Source: Alphaproteobacteria bacterium
GTDB lineage: Bacteria; Pseudomonadota; Alphaproteobacteria; Bin95
Reading direction: 5' to 3'
NCBI GenBank assembly: GCA_965205265.1
Contig: CBDBGH010000003.1
Coordinates: forward strand, 3,808,001 to 3,872,000
Length of the DNA: 64,000 bases
Below, one piece after another: positions 9,424-18,938 of this stretch. Under the pieces are notes generated by a model that was given only the letters and a program-made list of their open reading frames with translations, was not told where the DNA came from and ran no database searches. The position numbers and the translations under genes are program-made. Each line of letters opens with the position of its first letter. Position 1 is the first letter of the stretch.

Positions 9424-9654
9424 CTCCGCGGGCGCAGCGGGCCGTTCGTTGCGGCCGACGATATAGGCTTCGAGGAAGTCCATCTTGCCTTCGAGCCGGC
9501 TCAGCCGGTCGCGGATTTCACGCATCTCCGCCTCGAAACCGTCCATGCGGGCGTCCAGCCGGTCCATACGGCCGCCGAGGCTTTGCTGTCCTTTCAGGAC
9601 GATGCCCGCCAGCGCAATGCCGACGCCAAGGATCGCAATCAGTTCGGGGGTCAA
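9421..9654 (-). CDS. small membrane-anchored coiled-coil protein (paralog of 7001-7357 and 54881-55123)
   Basis: TTG 9654 behind a GGAGG RBS (alternative ATG 9690). TPELIAILGVGIALAGIVL helix followed by a heptad coiled coil. Confidence 0.7.
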   Translation of the reverse strand: MTPELIAILGVGIALAGIVLKGQQSLGGRMDRLDARMDGFEAEMREIRDRLSRLEGKMDFLEAYIVGRNERPAAPAE

Positions 9655-9756
9655 GGATGTCCTCCCCAGCCACATGTTGCCGGCCGTCATGCGACCTTGC
9701 CGCGACCTGCGCCGGCAATCAAGGGAAATCCCTGCCCGCCCGGTCAGGGCTCCGCC

Positions 9757-10305
9757 CTATTCCGCCTTCCTGCGGTCCAGCAGGGCGGCGGCGAGCGCGG
9801 CGAGGCCGGGGGCGGGCTGGCCGGCGGCGAGCGCCTTGTCGCGCGAGCGCTCATGCACCGCCACCCCGAGCACCGCGAGCGCCACGCCCCACATGGCGCT
9901 GAGCGAGGCGGCCGCCGCCAGGATCGCCGGCGCGTCGGTCGGGTGCGCCATCACCGCCCAGGCGATGGCGGCCATCTGCAGCGCCCAGGCGGCCGTCACC
10001 GCATAGCCGAAGGTCGGCCGCCAGCGGCGCACATAGGCATCTTCCGTGCGGGTCTCGGCGCGCATGGTGGCGTTGACCTCGCGCAACGCGGTCTCGGCCT
10101 CGCGCGAGCGCGCCTTCACCTCGATGCGCCGGTTCGCGGCGTCGAGCGCTTCCGGGGCGACGCCGCCGTTCCTGAGCACGCCGTCCACCTCGCGCAGCGC
10201 CTTGGCGGCGGCATCGGCGGCCGGATTGTCGAGCGCCTCCAGACCTGCGCCCGCGAGGCGCGCGATCAGCGGCAGCCCGATCTGGGCGAGAAGTGCGGGA
10301 ATCAT
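9757..10305 (-). CDS. 3TM-type holin-like protein
   Basis: VNATMRAE...YVRRWRPTFGY followed by hydrophobic helices and LGVAVHERSRDK, as in GTA_holin_3TM-like proteins. Last gene of the virion operon. Confidence 0.75.
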   Translation of the reverse strand: MIPALLAQIGLPLIARLAGAGLEALDNPAADAAAKALREVDGVLRNGGVAPEALDAANRRIEVKARSREAETALREVNATMRAETRTEDAYVRRWRPTFGYAVTAAWALQMAAIAWAVMAHPTDAPAILAAAASLSAMWGVALAVLGVAVHERSRDKALAAGQPAPGLAALAAALLDRRKAE

Positions 10306-10319
10306 GGGTTCGTCCTTCT

Positions 10320-11780
10320 TCAGATGCGGAAATTGCTGCGGGCGCGGCCGGGCCGGGCGCCCCGCCGCCAGTCATTGCGGGGCGCGGGGCTCACCGGCGA
10401 AAGCCGCCATGGCTCCGCCAGCAGCGCGCCCGCCGCCGCGTCCAGCCCGTCGTCCCGCCCCCTGCCCTCGGGCCGCCATTCCCGCAATTCGCGCAGGAAG
10501 GGGGTCTCGAACACGCTCGCATGGGCGGAAAGCCTGCCCGCGGCCAGCGGCGCGTCGAAGGCTTCCAGAATGCGCTCATGCTTCGGGCGGTGGTTCTTTT
10601 TCTCCACCACCGACGCACCGTGCCCTTCCCGGCCGAGCTCTCCCTTCAGAATACCCGGCAGGAAGATCCCGACTCCGTTCGCTTCCACATAGACGACCGG
10701 CAGGAACAGCTCTCGCACATGCGCGGCCATCCGGCGGCAAAGCTGCGTCGCCGCGTCCTCGGAGTCTTCCGGTTCGCGATGGATATAGGCGACCCGGTGC
10801 AGCAGCCGCCGGCCGAGATCGTCGGTGAAGACGGCCGCCAGCACATTGGCGTCGCCCTTCTCCCGCTTGCCGTAGGCCGGGTCCCACCAGCCCGAGGCGG
10901 AAACCAGCCGCCGGCCTTCCAGCCACAATTCCGGCCGGCCGCCGGCCTCCCTGTATTCGAGCTCGCCCTCGTAACGGCGCAGCCAGTCCGCGTTCAGCCG
11001 GCCCTCCACCGCCTGCACGGGCTCCAGCAGCATCTGGCTCTCATAACGCGCGGGGCCTGTATGACGGCGGATTTCCGCAATCGCCGGCGACGGGTAGCGC
11101 GCCGGCCAGGACGCCTCGCGAAGCGGCTCCTCCTTCCGCCGGAAGCCCCAGAGGAAGGGCCGCTTCTCGTCCTCCTCCGGCCGCGGGTCTTTCGCATAGA
11201 TGGAGTAGTAGCTGTGCGGCGTGCCGCTGTAGATCCGGAAGCCGCCAGGGCTCAGCACATAGTCGATCTCGGAGAGCCGGGCGCGCAGGTCGGCCCGCTT
11301 CGCCGGCGTGCCGCAGGTGTTCGGCACCTCGACATCGTCGCAGATCACGACATCGGCATGCGCGCCGGTGATATTGGCGCCGATGCCGCGCGCCAGCAGC
11401 GAAGGGTCGCGCGAAACGGTCTTGCGCGAAACGGTCAGCCGGTCGGCCGCCCATTCCTCGGCCAGTTTCGGGCGCAGCGCCCCGGTGTCGGGATGGCGCT
11501 CCAGAATGCGGCGCACGGTGCGCACCATTCTGGCGGCGAGCGGCGTCTCCGCCGACAGCACCAGGATGCGCCGGTCGGGATCGCGCCTGAGCATCCACGC
11601 GGACAGCAGGCCGAGCAGGGTCGATTTGCCCGCGCCCCGGAAAGCCATCAGCAGCATTCGGCGCGCGCCCTCTGCGATCCGCCCGTCGAGCCATCCGGCA
11701 ATGCGCCGGTGGAGCGCCGGCGTCGCGATCCTCTGGGTCCGGTTCCAGGCGTCGAGGAAAGAGGAGAAGGTCGTGTCCAT
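10320..11780 (-). CDS. phage terminase large subunit
   Basis: Walker A AFRGAGKST, Walker B ICDDVE, coupling motif GTPH, and nuclease motifs WDPA, VEANG and DDGLDA. AAGGGAGG RBS before ATG 11780. Confidence 0.92.
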   Translation of the reverse strand: MDTTFSSFLDAWNRTQRIATPALHRRIAGWLDGRIAEGARRMLLMAFRGAGKSTLLGLLSAWMLRRDPDRRILVLSAETPLAARMVRTVRRILERHPDTGALRPKLAEEWAADRLTVSRKTVSRDPSLLARGIGANITGAHADVVICDDVEVPNTCGTPAKRADLRARLSEIDYVLSPGGFRIYSGTPHSYYSIYAKDPRPEEDEKRPFLWGFRRKEEPLREASWPARYPSPAIAEIRRHTGPARYESQMLLEPVQAVEGRLNADWLRRYEGELEYREAGGRPELWLEGRRLVSASGWWDPAYGKREKGDANVLAAVFTDDLGRRLLHRVAYIHREPEDSEDAATQLCRRMAAHVRELFLPVVYVEANGVGIFLPGILKGELGREGHGASVVEKKNHRPKHERILEAFDAPLAAGRLSAHASVFETPFLRELREWRPEGRGRDDGLDAAAGALLAEPWRLSPVSPAPRNDWRRGARPGRARSNFRI

Positions 11781-11836
11781 CGAACCTCCCTTGAATGGTG
11801 GATAGCGGCCGGCGGTCAGCGCTTCCCGGCCGGCGT

Positions 11837-12016
11837 TCAACGCCGGAGCGCGTCGATCTTCTCCGCCAGCACGGCGAGCGCGCGCGTATTGGCGACGATG
11901 ACGTCGAGCACCAGCTGGCGGCCGCGGGCATCGCGGTGCAGCAGCCAGACGGCAAGGCCCCAGCCGAGCGCGAGCGGCCCGTATTCGGCGAAGACCCTGA
12001 GCGCGAGCGTGTCCAC
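11837..12016 (-). CDS. small single-TM holin-like protein (BhlA/UviB-like)
   Basis: 59 aa: YGPLALGWGLAVWLL transmembrane segment then a coiled tail. Fills the gap in the virion operon. RBS is weak. Confidence 0.5.
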   Translation of the reverse strand: MDTLALRVFAEYGPLALGWGLAVWLLHRDARGRQLVLDVIVANTRALAVLAEKIDALRR

Positions 12017-12026
12017 GGGCCGCCCG

Positions 12027-12443
12027 TCAGCCGGTTCGCCGCGGCGCGCGAAGCGCGAGCAGCCCGCCCGTCCGGCGCAGGAGGCCCAGCCGTTCGAGCC
12101 GGTCTGCATGGGCGCTGTCGGCCCGGAGCGAGGCGAGGCGCCGCGAGGCGGCCGCCCCCGCATGACGGCCCTCCCGCTCGCTTTCGGCGGCAAGCCCGCC
12201 CAGCAGCGCGGCGGCCGAGCCGGCGTCGGAGCCGGTGCCGGCCGCGCCGAACCGGGCACGGGCGCGGGCCAGCGCCTGCTTCAGCCGGCGCCGCCGCAGG
12301 CGTTCGCGCTCGGCGGCGCCGGCGCGGACATCGGCGGCCTGCGCGCCCGCGGCGGCGCGGCGCCGGGAGGCCGCCTCGGCGGCGGAGGCTTCGGCGAGCA
12401 GGGCATTGCCCGCCGCCAGGGCTACGGGGAGAAGTGCGCTCAT
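12027..12443 (-). CDS. Ala/Arg-rich helical virion protein (putative small internal/ejection protein)
   Basis: Overlaps the tail tube B stop. ARARFGAAG..GSAAALL motif. Same position as podoviral small internal virion genes. Confidence 0.55.
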   Translation of the reverse strand: MSALLPVALAAGNALLAEASAAEAASRRRAAAGAQAADVRAGAAERERLRRRRLKQALARARARFGAAGTGSDAGSAAALLGGLAAESEREGRHAGAAASRRLASLRADSAHADRLERLGLLRRTGGLLALRAPRRTG

Positions 12444-14317
12444 ATGTCTGTCACCTTGAGTTCGGTTGCAGCGGAAAGGAGGTGGAAGGGAAGCGGGCTC
12501 TCATCCTCGATGCGCCAGAGCGGGGCCGCACCGTCGCGCCGCCAGCCGCCCGCGCCGAGCGAGACATCGCCGGTGAAGGCGCCGTCGCCGAGCGCGGCCC
12601 GGCGGAAGCCGAAGCCCGTGTCGCAGCGCAGCGCGCGGGTGCGGTCGAGACGGAGCGCCAGCCGCACCGCCCGGTGGGCCACGCCCTGCATCGCGCCCCG
12701 CGCAAGCTGGACGCCGGGCGGGAGCGGTTCGACCGTGTGGGTGAAGGGAAGCCCCGCCTGGACGGCGCGCGCCGGCGCGTCGAGCTGGATGCGCCCGCCG
12801 GAGACCCGGAGGCCCGAAAGCGCCTTGCCGTCGGCGACGGCGGCGACCTCCCGGCCTTCGAGATGGGCGAGGCCGCCCCAGGAGCGGGTGGGGTTCGCCG
12901 CCGTTCCGGCGACCGCGGCGTCCAGGCCGAGCGCCTCGTCGAAGCGCTCGACCGAATAGCGCCCGTCGCGCTCTACCAGCGCCCAGGCCCGGCCGCCCGC
13001 AACCGCCGCCGACCGGAAAGTCCCGTCGGTCTCCAGCCGCGTCCAGGCATGCACGCCCTCGGCCCGCCAGAGCGTGAGCGCGGCGATGGACCCGTCGCCC
13101 ATGACGACCGACAGCCGCCGGGCCGCCTCGTCCCAGACGATCTCGACCGGCGCGGCGAACAGGTGGCTGGCCAGCAGCGCCAGGTCCTGCGCCCGGTAGG
13201 CGAGCTCGGCATCCGCAAACAGGAACTCGCGCAGCTCGCGCCCGTTGCGGGCCAGGAACATCACGGCGCCCTCGACATCCACCGGCCGGACGGCGCGGTC
13301 GGCGGGCGAGCCGATGCGCGTCTGGCGGCGAAGCTGGATCGAGGCGGGCGTGAGCGGGTCGCCGGAGACGGTCCATTCCGCGCCCGAGGTGAATATCTGC
13401 AATTGCCGCCCGGACATGACCGCACGCACCGCATTCGCCTGGTCCGCCAGCAGCGGGAAGGCGATGGCCTCGTCGTCCAGCCCCTCGCCGGGGTCGAAGT
13501 CGAAATAGGCGCCCGAGCGTGAAAGCCAGAGCCGGTCCGGCAGCGAGCGCGATCCGCCGATCGCCAGCCTGTCCTGGTGGAACACGACCGAGACCGGCCA
13601 GCCGCGCCGGGCCGAAAAGGCAGGCTCCTGCCAGTCCGCGGTCGCCGCCGTGCCGCCCGCAAGCGTGCCCGTGACATCCGCCTCGGCCTCCGTCGCGGAG
13701 ACGACCCGGACGATCCGGACTTCGTCCTTGCCGATCCGGAAGGGCTGGCCCGCATCCCCCGCCGCGAAGACGCCGGCCGAGGCGGTGAGCCGGACGCGGC
13801 CCGAAGCCGCCGAGGCGGCCAGCGTCACCGAAGACGCGGCATAGCGGTGGTAGGGCTGCATCGACCGCCCGCCCCGCTCGGCCCATTCCCAGGGCGCGAT
13901 CCGCCAGTCGTCCTGCCCCCGGCGCGCCACGGTTCGCGGCGAATAGTCGGGATGGACGACCAGCAGCGTGTCGGCGGTCTGCGTCCAGTTGAGCCCGGCC
14001 AGATCGGCTTCCTTCCAGGGCGCGGCGACGAGCGCCGTCCGGACGCCGTTCCTGTAGATCCGGAGCGCCCGGTCGGTGAACAGCAGCAGGTAGCTCTCTT
14101 CCGTGTTGAACTCGAAGGCGGCGAGCCGGCCGGGGCCGGGCGCGGCCTCGACGAAGGCGAGCCCCGGCCGCCGCGAAAGCCCGCCCGTCGGGTGGACGGT
14201 GACATTGCGCAGCCGGCGCGCGCCGTCGCGATAGGCCGCGAGGTCGGGCCGTCCGGCGAGGCGCGGGCCGAGCTCGCCCGCGCTGAAATTGGTCTTGAGC
14301 GTGTTGATCCGGGTCAT
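12440..14317 (-). CDS. podoviral tail tubular protein B / nozzle (T7 gp12-like)
   Basis: N-terminal TNFSAGELGP..GR.D, NV.V.PTGGL.RRPG, and GWP..V.FHQDRL..GG...PD.LWLSRSG beta-propeller motifs. 625 aa. Confidence 0.82.
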   Translation of the reverse strand: MTRINTLKTNFSAGELGPRLAGRPDLAAYRDGARRLRNVTVHPTGGLSRRPGLAFVEAAPGPGRLAAFEFNTEESYLLLFTDRALRIYRNGVRTALVAAPWKEADLAGLNWTQTADTLLVVHPDYSPRTVARRGQDDWRIAPWEWAERGGRSMQPYHRYAASSVTLAASAASGRVRLTASAGVFAAGDAGQPFRIGKDEVRIVRVVSATEAEADVTGTLAGGTAATADWQEPAFSARRGWPVSVVFHQDRLAIGGSRSLPDRLWLSRSGAYFDFDPGEGLDDEAIAFPLLADQANAVRAVMSGRQLQIFTSGAEWTVSGDPLTPASIQLRRQTRIGSPADRAVRPVDVEGAVMFLARNGRELREFLFADAELAYRAQDLALLASHLFAAPVEIVWDEAARRLSVVMGDGSIAALTLWRAEGVHAWTRLETDGTFRSAAVAGGRAWALVERDGRYSVERFDEALGLDAAVAGTAANPTRSWGGLAHLEGREVAAVADGKALSGLRVSGGRIQLDAPARAVQAGLPFTHTVEPLPPGVQLARGAMQGVAHRAVRLALRLDRTRALRCDTGFGFRRAALGDGAFTGDVSLGAGGWRRDGAAPLWRIEDESPLPFHLLSAATELKVTDI

Positions 14318-14874
14318 GCCCTGGCCTCGATCAGCGGGAAACGGAGCGGCGCGCGCGCCGGGTCCTGGAGCGCGTCCGTGCGCCGGGCGCGGCGAAGCGC
14401 TGTGTCCGCCAGCCGCTGAAGCGCCTCCGCGCGGGACGTATTCTCCGTCACCGGCAGGCAGAGGGCGGCGGCGAGATGGGCGGCGAGCGCATCCGCGAAC
14501 CAGGGCGGGAACTCCGCCTCCCCGGCGCGGAAGACATAGGCGAGCCGGAGCGGGGCCGTATGGGCATGCAGCCTGCCGCCGGCGATGCGCCAGCCGGTTT
14601 CGCGCCCCTCCCCCACGGCCAGCGCATTCAGGAAACCGGCCGGCAGCCGGAAGGCGTGCGCGAAGCCGTCGAGCGGCGCCTCCGCCGCCGGCGAAAGCTC
14701 CGCCTCTGCCGTGGCGAAGCGCCAGGCATGGCCCGCAAGCAGCGTGTCGCGGAGGGTCGGATAGAGCGCGGCGGCGGTGCGCGCCTCGAGGGTCGCCTCC
14801 GCGAAGTCGGAAATCGGGAGCGCACCGAGCCGGACGAGCGCCTGGCTCGCGATCTGGACGGCGGTCAGCGCCAT
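14314..14874 (-). CDS. podoviral tail tubular protein A / adaptor (T7 gp11-like)
   Basis: QIASQALVRLGA.PI, LLAGHAWRFA and FPPWFADALA..LA motifs. AAAGGAGA RBS. Confidence 0.82.
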   Translation of the reverse strand: MALTAVQIASQALVRLGALPISDFAEATLEARTAAALYPTLRDTLLAGHAWRFATAEAELSPAAEAPLDGFAHAFRLPAGFLNALAVGEGRETGWRIAGGRLHAHTAPLRLAYVFRAGEAEFPPWFADALAAHLAAALCLPVTENTSRAEALQRLADTALRRARRTDALQDPARAPLRFPLIEARA

Positions 14875-14953
14875 GAGGGACGTCTCCTTTCTGGAATATG
14901 CGGGGATGGCGGATGGCGGCCGGTGGACATGCCGTCCACCGGCCGCCGGTCCG

Positions 14954-15313
14954 TCAGGCCGCCAGCACGCCGACCCGTTCGAGCGCGCGGATGACCGCGT
15001 TGACGGCGGTGCGCGCCTCGGCATCGACGGTTGCCCCGCCGGCCGCGTCGGCCACCGCCGCCTGGGTCTCCCAGTCGGTGGTGAAGCCGACCCCGACATT
15101 GCCGTTGCGGTTGGACGACACGCGGACCAGCGCCGCGCTGTCGTCCGCGCCGTTCAGCGCCAGCATGTCGCCGGGGCGGAGCAGGTCGGCGGCGCCGTTG
15201 AAATAGCCGGCCGCGGTCATGTCGCCGTCGGCGTCCTCGGCGGACTTGTAGTGCCAGAAGGTGAAGCCGTTGGCATAGGCCAGCACGGAGAGGTTTGCGG
15301 ATTTGAACGCCAT
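14954..15313 (-). CDS. putative capsid decoration / head fibre protein
   Basis: Immediately after the capsid gene with a strong RBS. LSVLAYANGFTFWHY..GYFN N-terminus and a C-terminal DAEARTAVNAVI.AL...G.LA trimer-like motif. Confidence 0.55.
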   Translation of the reverse strand: MAFKSANLSVLAYANGFTFWHYKSAEDADGDMTAAGYFNGAADLLRPGDMLALNGADDSAALVRVSSNRNGNVGVGFTTDWETQAAVADAAGGATVDAEARTAVNAVIRALERVGVLAA

Positions 15314-15341
15314 TGCTCGGGCGGTCTCCTTTCTGTTCCGG

Positions 15342-16160
15342 TCAGTTCTCGAGGCAGCGCATGGTCACGACGCCCTCGGCGTCGATCAGCACGGCGCCCT
15401 GGCTCATCCAGTTGGCGACGAACCAGGCGGCGCGGTCGCCATGCCAGGTGATGTCGGTGGTGACTTCCGCGCCGGCGGCGTGGCCGACCGCGCTCTTGTG
15501 GTACCAGTGGCAGAGCCGGACCGAGTTGCTGAGCGTCAGCCCCGAATGCGGCAGCCAGAGCGTGCCGAGCCAGCGCTTGGCCTGGGTGCCGCGCCAGGGC
15601 AGGTCCTCCGCGCCGACATAGTCGGCATTGGCGAACTCCTCGATCTTCATGAGGTCCGACCACTGCTTCCAGCCGATGACGGCCGTGCGCTCGCCGTCGT
15701 CCGGCACGTCGGCCTGGCCCAGCATCTCGAAGGCGGTGAGCACCTTGTCCTTCGTCAGCCCGTCCGTGTCGGTGCCGGCATGGTTGGTCGAGCCGTCGAG
15801 CGCGGCGGCGATGAGCTGGTCGGTCTTGCGGCCGAGCGCATAGGCGCCGGCCTTGGCGACCGTGTCGCGCTCGCCGCCGCCGATCTTGAGGTCGTCGAGC
15901 CGGTCCACCCACTCGCCGGCATAGTAGTCGCGGAGATTGCACTCGACCGCGGCGTGATCGACATTCATCACCGGGATCTGGCCGTGCCGGGCCTTGGTGG
16001 CGGCGGCGCCGCGCCCGACCTTGCGGAAGGTCACGCTGGAGCCCATGACGCCGCGGCGGGTGCGCACCGTGTCGCGGAGCTTGGAGCCCTGGCGCTGATA
16101 GGCGTTGTGGACTTCGCCTTCGAACGCCTTGATGAAGGAAGGGGAAAGATCGACGGGCAT
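15342..16160 (-). CDS. major capsid protein (HK97 fold, podoviral type)
   Basis: F...F..EVH.AYQRQGSKLR.TVR, AYALGRKTD.LI and MSQGAVLID.EGVV motifs. Follows the scaffold gene. AGGAGG RBS. Confidence 0.85.
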   Translation of the reverse strand: MPVDLSPSFIKAFEGEVHNAYQRQGSKLRDTVRTRRGVMGSSVTFRKVGRGAAATKARHGQIPVMNVDHAAVECNLRDYYAGEWVDRLDDLKIGGGERDTVAKAGAYALGRKTDQLIAAALDGSTNHAGTDTDGLTKDKVLTAFEMLGQADVPDDGERTAVIGWKQWSDLMKIEEFANADYVGAEDLPWRGTQAKRWLGTLWLPHSGLTLSNSVRLCHWYHKSAVGHAAGAEVTTDITWHGDRAAWFVANWMSQGAVLIDAEGVVTMRCLEN

Positions 16161-16212
16161 ATTGCCTGTCCTCCTGTTGTGGTTTCAGGGTTTACTGTGT
16201 GCCGGCCCTTTG

Positions 16213-16899
16213 TCAGGCCGGGCGGTCGTCGGGATTGTCCGTCCCTTCGCCCGGATAGAGGCGCCGGTAGCCCTCCATCACCTGCCGGACGAGGACGGGG
16301 TCGCGGTCGCGCCAGTAGCGGGGGTCGCCCTGGAGGCGGCGCAGGCCGTCGAGCGTCGCCGCTCCGGCCGCCCGGTCGCCGTCGCGGCCGCCGAGGCCGG
16401 GCTCGCCCGCATCCATCAGCCGCTCCAGCGCCACCGCGCCTTCGACCGAGCCGATGAGCGCGTCGCCCACGCCGGCGGGCAGGTTGGCCGCCGCCCAGGC
16501 CTCCATCTGGCCCTTCGCGCGCCGCCAGCCGTCCTCGCCGCCATAGCGGTCCGCGAGGCGGGCGTCGCGCTCGGCCCGCTCCAGCTCGCCCGCGACCTCG
16601 CCTGCCAGCGGCAGCAGCAGCGACGACGCCATGTCATAGACGAGCTGGACCTGACCGTTGGTGAAGCCGGCCTCGTGCATCCGTCGGTTGGCTTCCGCGT
16701 CCGGGCCGCCGATCAGGCCGTCCAGCTCGAGCCGATAGTCCTCCGGGCTCGCGGGCGGGCGCTCCGCCGAGGCCAGGGCTCCGTAGGCCCCGACCAGCTC
16801 GTCGAGACGCACTTGGCCGGCGTCGGCGTCCCAGAACTCGTCCGGCAGGCCGTCCGGGCGAACCGGCGCCTCCATTTCGGTTTCGTTGTCCGTTTCCAC
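16213..16899 (-). CDS. capsid assembly scaffolding protein
   Basis: RPDGLPDEFWD, P.SPEDY, GFTNGQ and DPRYWRDRDP motifs. Acidic. Lies between portal and capsid. GAAGGAGA RBS. Confidence 0.75.
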   Translation of the reverse strand: METDNETEMEAPVRPDGLPDEFWDADAGQVRLDELVGAYGALASAERPPASPEDYRLELDGLIGGPDAEANRRMHEAGFTNGQVQLVYDMASSLLLPLAGEVAGELERAERDARLADRYGGEDGWRRAKGQMEAWAAANLPAGVGDALIGSVEGAVALERLMDAGEPGLGGRDGDRAAGAATLDGLRRLQGDPRYWRDRDPVLVRQVMEGYRRLYPGEGTDNPDDRPA

Positions 16900-16937
16900 G
16901 GTGCGGTGTCTCCTTCATGTCTTCGGAGTGAGGGGTT

Positions 16938-16972
16938 GAAAGAAAACGGGCGGCCCCCGGAGGAGCCGCCCG
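16938..16972 (-). terminator. intrinsic terminator inside the virion operon, after the portal gene
   Basis: Minus strand reads CGGGCGGCTCC-TCCG-GGGGCCGCCCG followed by TTTTCTTTC. Confidence 0.75.
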
Positions 16973-17000
16973 CGCGGGAATTGCGGTGCGGTTCGCCTCG

Positions 17001-18446
17001 TCAGGCGGCGCCGGGCAGCAGGTCCGGCGGCTCCAGCAGGGCGGGCGGCACGCCGAGGCGGGTGCCGAGCCAGCGCGCGGCGCGGCCGGTATCGACGGCG
17101 GCCAGCGCCCCGGGCCCGAGCCCCGCCACGGCGCCCAGCCAGGTGAGCGCCGCCCCCGCCTCGCGCCGCCCGGCCGCCTGCGCCAGCGGCGAGCGCAGCC
17201 GGAGCCCCGCTTCGCGCCCGTCAAGCGCGAAGGCCGGGACCTCGCCGCGCCGGGCGAGGATGGAGAGCGCGCGTCCGATCAGCGGCGTCAGCAGCTCGGA
17301 CTCCAGACGCCCGTAGGTCGCGCCGAGCAGCCGCGCCGTCTCCGCCGAGCGCTCCAGCACCTCGGTCGCGGTCATGGCCGGGCTCGCGGGCTCGGCCAGC
17401 CGGTCGGCGAGCAGCGCGTGGCGGATGCGTTTGCGCAGGTCCTCCAGCACGAGCTGCGACACGTCGAAACGCCCCGGTGCGGCAAGCGGCGTCAGCCCCG
17501 CCGAGCCCACCGCCTTCGGCATGACCGCGCCCGGCACCAGCTCCACCGCCGTCGGGTCGAGCACGCCGTCATCGTCGGCCTGCCAGATGCCGGTCGCGGC
17601 GATCGAGGCGTTCTTCAGGATGAGCTCCACCACCTTGTCGGCGGTCTTGATATCGGGCAGCGCCTTCATCACCGGCGAGCGCCCATAGACCTCGCCCGGC
17701 GCCTTCAGCCAGCGGAAGCAGATGAAGGGCGAGACCGCGAAGCGGCCCTCCGCCAGCATTTGCGCCGCCCGGCCGCCGCCGCCTTCCAGCACCGCCAGAT
17801 AGCGGTAGCCGGCGCCCTTGAGTTCGGGCGCAACGCCCTCCACGACGCCGAACGGGCCTTCGCCGGAAAGAACCGGCGCGCGGGGAAAGCGGGCGCGGAG
17901 CGCGGCCGGGCCGAGCTCCCGCCGCCGCCACACCCGGTCGAGCCGCCCTTCCGGCCCCTCCTCCAGCACCGCTTCGCGAAGCGGCACGGCGGTGAAGCGG
18001 AAGGCCGAGGCTGCGCCGAGCGCGCTTTCCTCGAACAGCAGGCAGCCCGTGCCCAGCGCCACGAGGTCCAGCAGCGCCTGGTGCATCTCGACCGCAAAGG
18101 CGGAGCGGTCCAGATGGCCCTGCAGGGCCTCGGCCGCCATGTCCAGCATCTCGGCGCTTTCGGGACCCGCCTCCTGTCCCGGCTCGAAGCCGACCCAGCG
18201 CTCGAAGGGCGGCGTGAGTTCGGCGAGCAGGCTGGCGGCAAGCTGCTCCGCGGCGTCGGCGGCGGTGGCGTCGTAGATGCGCCCGGCGGCGCCGGCGCCG
18301 CCATCGCCATTGACCGCCCCACCCGTCCCGTAGGGAAGGGCATGGGCCGCGCAGTCGCGCCAGAGCGCCTCCCAGGGACGCCGCCGGGCCTCGGCGCGGC
18401 GGTAGCCCGCCAGCAGAACCTCCGGATCCGGTGTTTCGGCAATCAT
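17001..18446 (-). CDS. podoviral portal (head-to-tail connector)
   Basis: IYDATA..A...LAA.L...LTPP...W, DLVALGTG, RW.K.PGEVYGRSP...ALPDIK and MTATEV.ER motifs. Confidence 0.9.
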   Translation of the reverse strand: MIAETPDPEVLLAGYRRAEARRRPWEALWRDCAAHALPYGTGGAVNGDGGAGAAGRIYDATAADAAEQLAASLLAELTPPFERWVGFEPGQEAGPESAEMLDMAAEALQGHLDRSAFAVEMHQALLDLVALGTGCLLFEESALGAASAFRFTAVPLREAVLEEGPEGRLDRVWRRRELGPAALRARFPRAPVLSGEGPFGVVEGVAPELKGAGYRYLAVLEGGGGRAAQMLAEGRFAVSPFICFRWLKAPGEVYGRSPVMKALPDIKTADKVVELILKNASIAATGIWQADDDGVLDPTAVELVPGAVMPKAVGSAGLTPLAAPGRFDVSQLVLEDLRKRIRHALLADRLAEPASPAMTATEVLERSAETARLLGATYGRLESELLTPLIGRALSILARRGEVPAFALDGREAGLRLRSPLAQAAGRREAGAALTWLGAVAGLGPGALAAVDTGRAARWLGTRLGVPPALLEPPDLLPGAA

Positions 18447-18450
18447 GTGT

Positions 18451-18465
18451 GTTCCCTTCATGTTC
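18451..18465 (-). promoter_or_regulatory. alphaproteobacterial LexA (SOS) box overlapping the portal RBS
   Basis: GTTC-CCTTCAT-GTTC, an exact GTTC-N7-GTTC, 4 nt upstream of ATG 18446. Confidence 0.7.
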
Positions 18466-18515
18466 TAGACCATCCTACCCCATGTTTCTGATTTGTTAAC
18501 CCAGCGCGAGAAACG

Positions 18516-18938
18516 TTACCCATTATCGAGGAGGAAATCGTGCAACTGGCCGGGCGTAAGCACCCGCCAGGAGGCAATTCCGAGCACCCGCTTGGCCACT
18601 TCGACGCAGGTGGCGGGCAAGAGCGGCGCCGGGCGGAAGCGCCGCCGCCGCCGTGTCTCGACCACGGTGAAACCCCGCTCGCGGTAGAACCCGGCAAGGT
18701 CGAAGGCCGCCGGCACGGGCTGCACCGCGACATCGGTATAGCCGGCCAGCGGATCGACCGTGATCCAGCGCCCCGCCTCCTCCAGCGCGACGAAGCAATG
18801 GCGGAACCCCGGCCGGAGCAGCCGGAGCCAGCCGAGGTCCGCCTTGCCGGAAAACACCGCGAGCGCCCGCCCGCCGCCATTCGTAACGTTCGCCGCGTTG
18901 CGCGCGGCTGCGCCGTTGTGCCCGGAACTGCCCGTCAT
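18516..18938 (-). CDS. conserved hypothetical protein of the phage-like cassette (possible permuted papain/NlpC-like fold)
   Basis: WLRLLRPGFRHCFV and TCVE..KR.LG......TP.QL motifs. Overlaps the stop of the upstream gene. Confidence 0.65.
   Translation of the reverse strand: MTGSSGHNGAAARNAANVTNGGGRALAVFSGKADLGWLRLLRPGFRHCFVALEEAGRWITVDPLAGYTDVAVQPVPAAFDLAGFYRERGFTVVETRRRRRFRPAPLLPATCVEVAKRVLGIASWRVLTPGQLHDFLLDNG

Noticed and set aside
10293-12959. Long antisense/shadow ORFs (also 32441-35029, 57141-60176, 38760-40559 and others)
   Set aside because: Stop-poor opposite frames of GC-rich genes, Arg/Pro/Gly-rich with no family motifs.
18493-18520. CtrA box upstream of the portal gene
   Set aside because: Only a TTAAC half-site; no TTAA-N7-TTAA.
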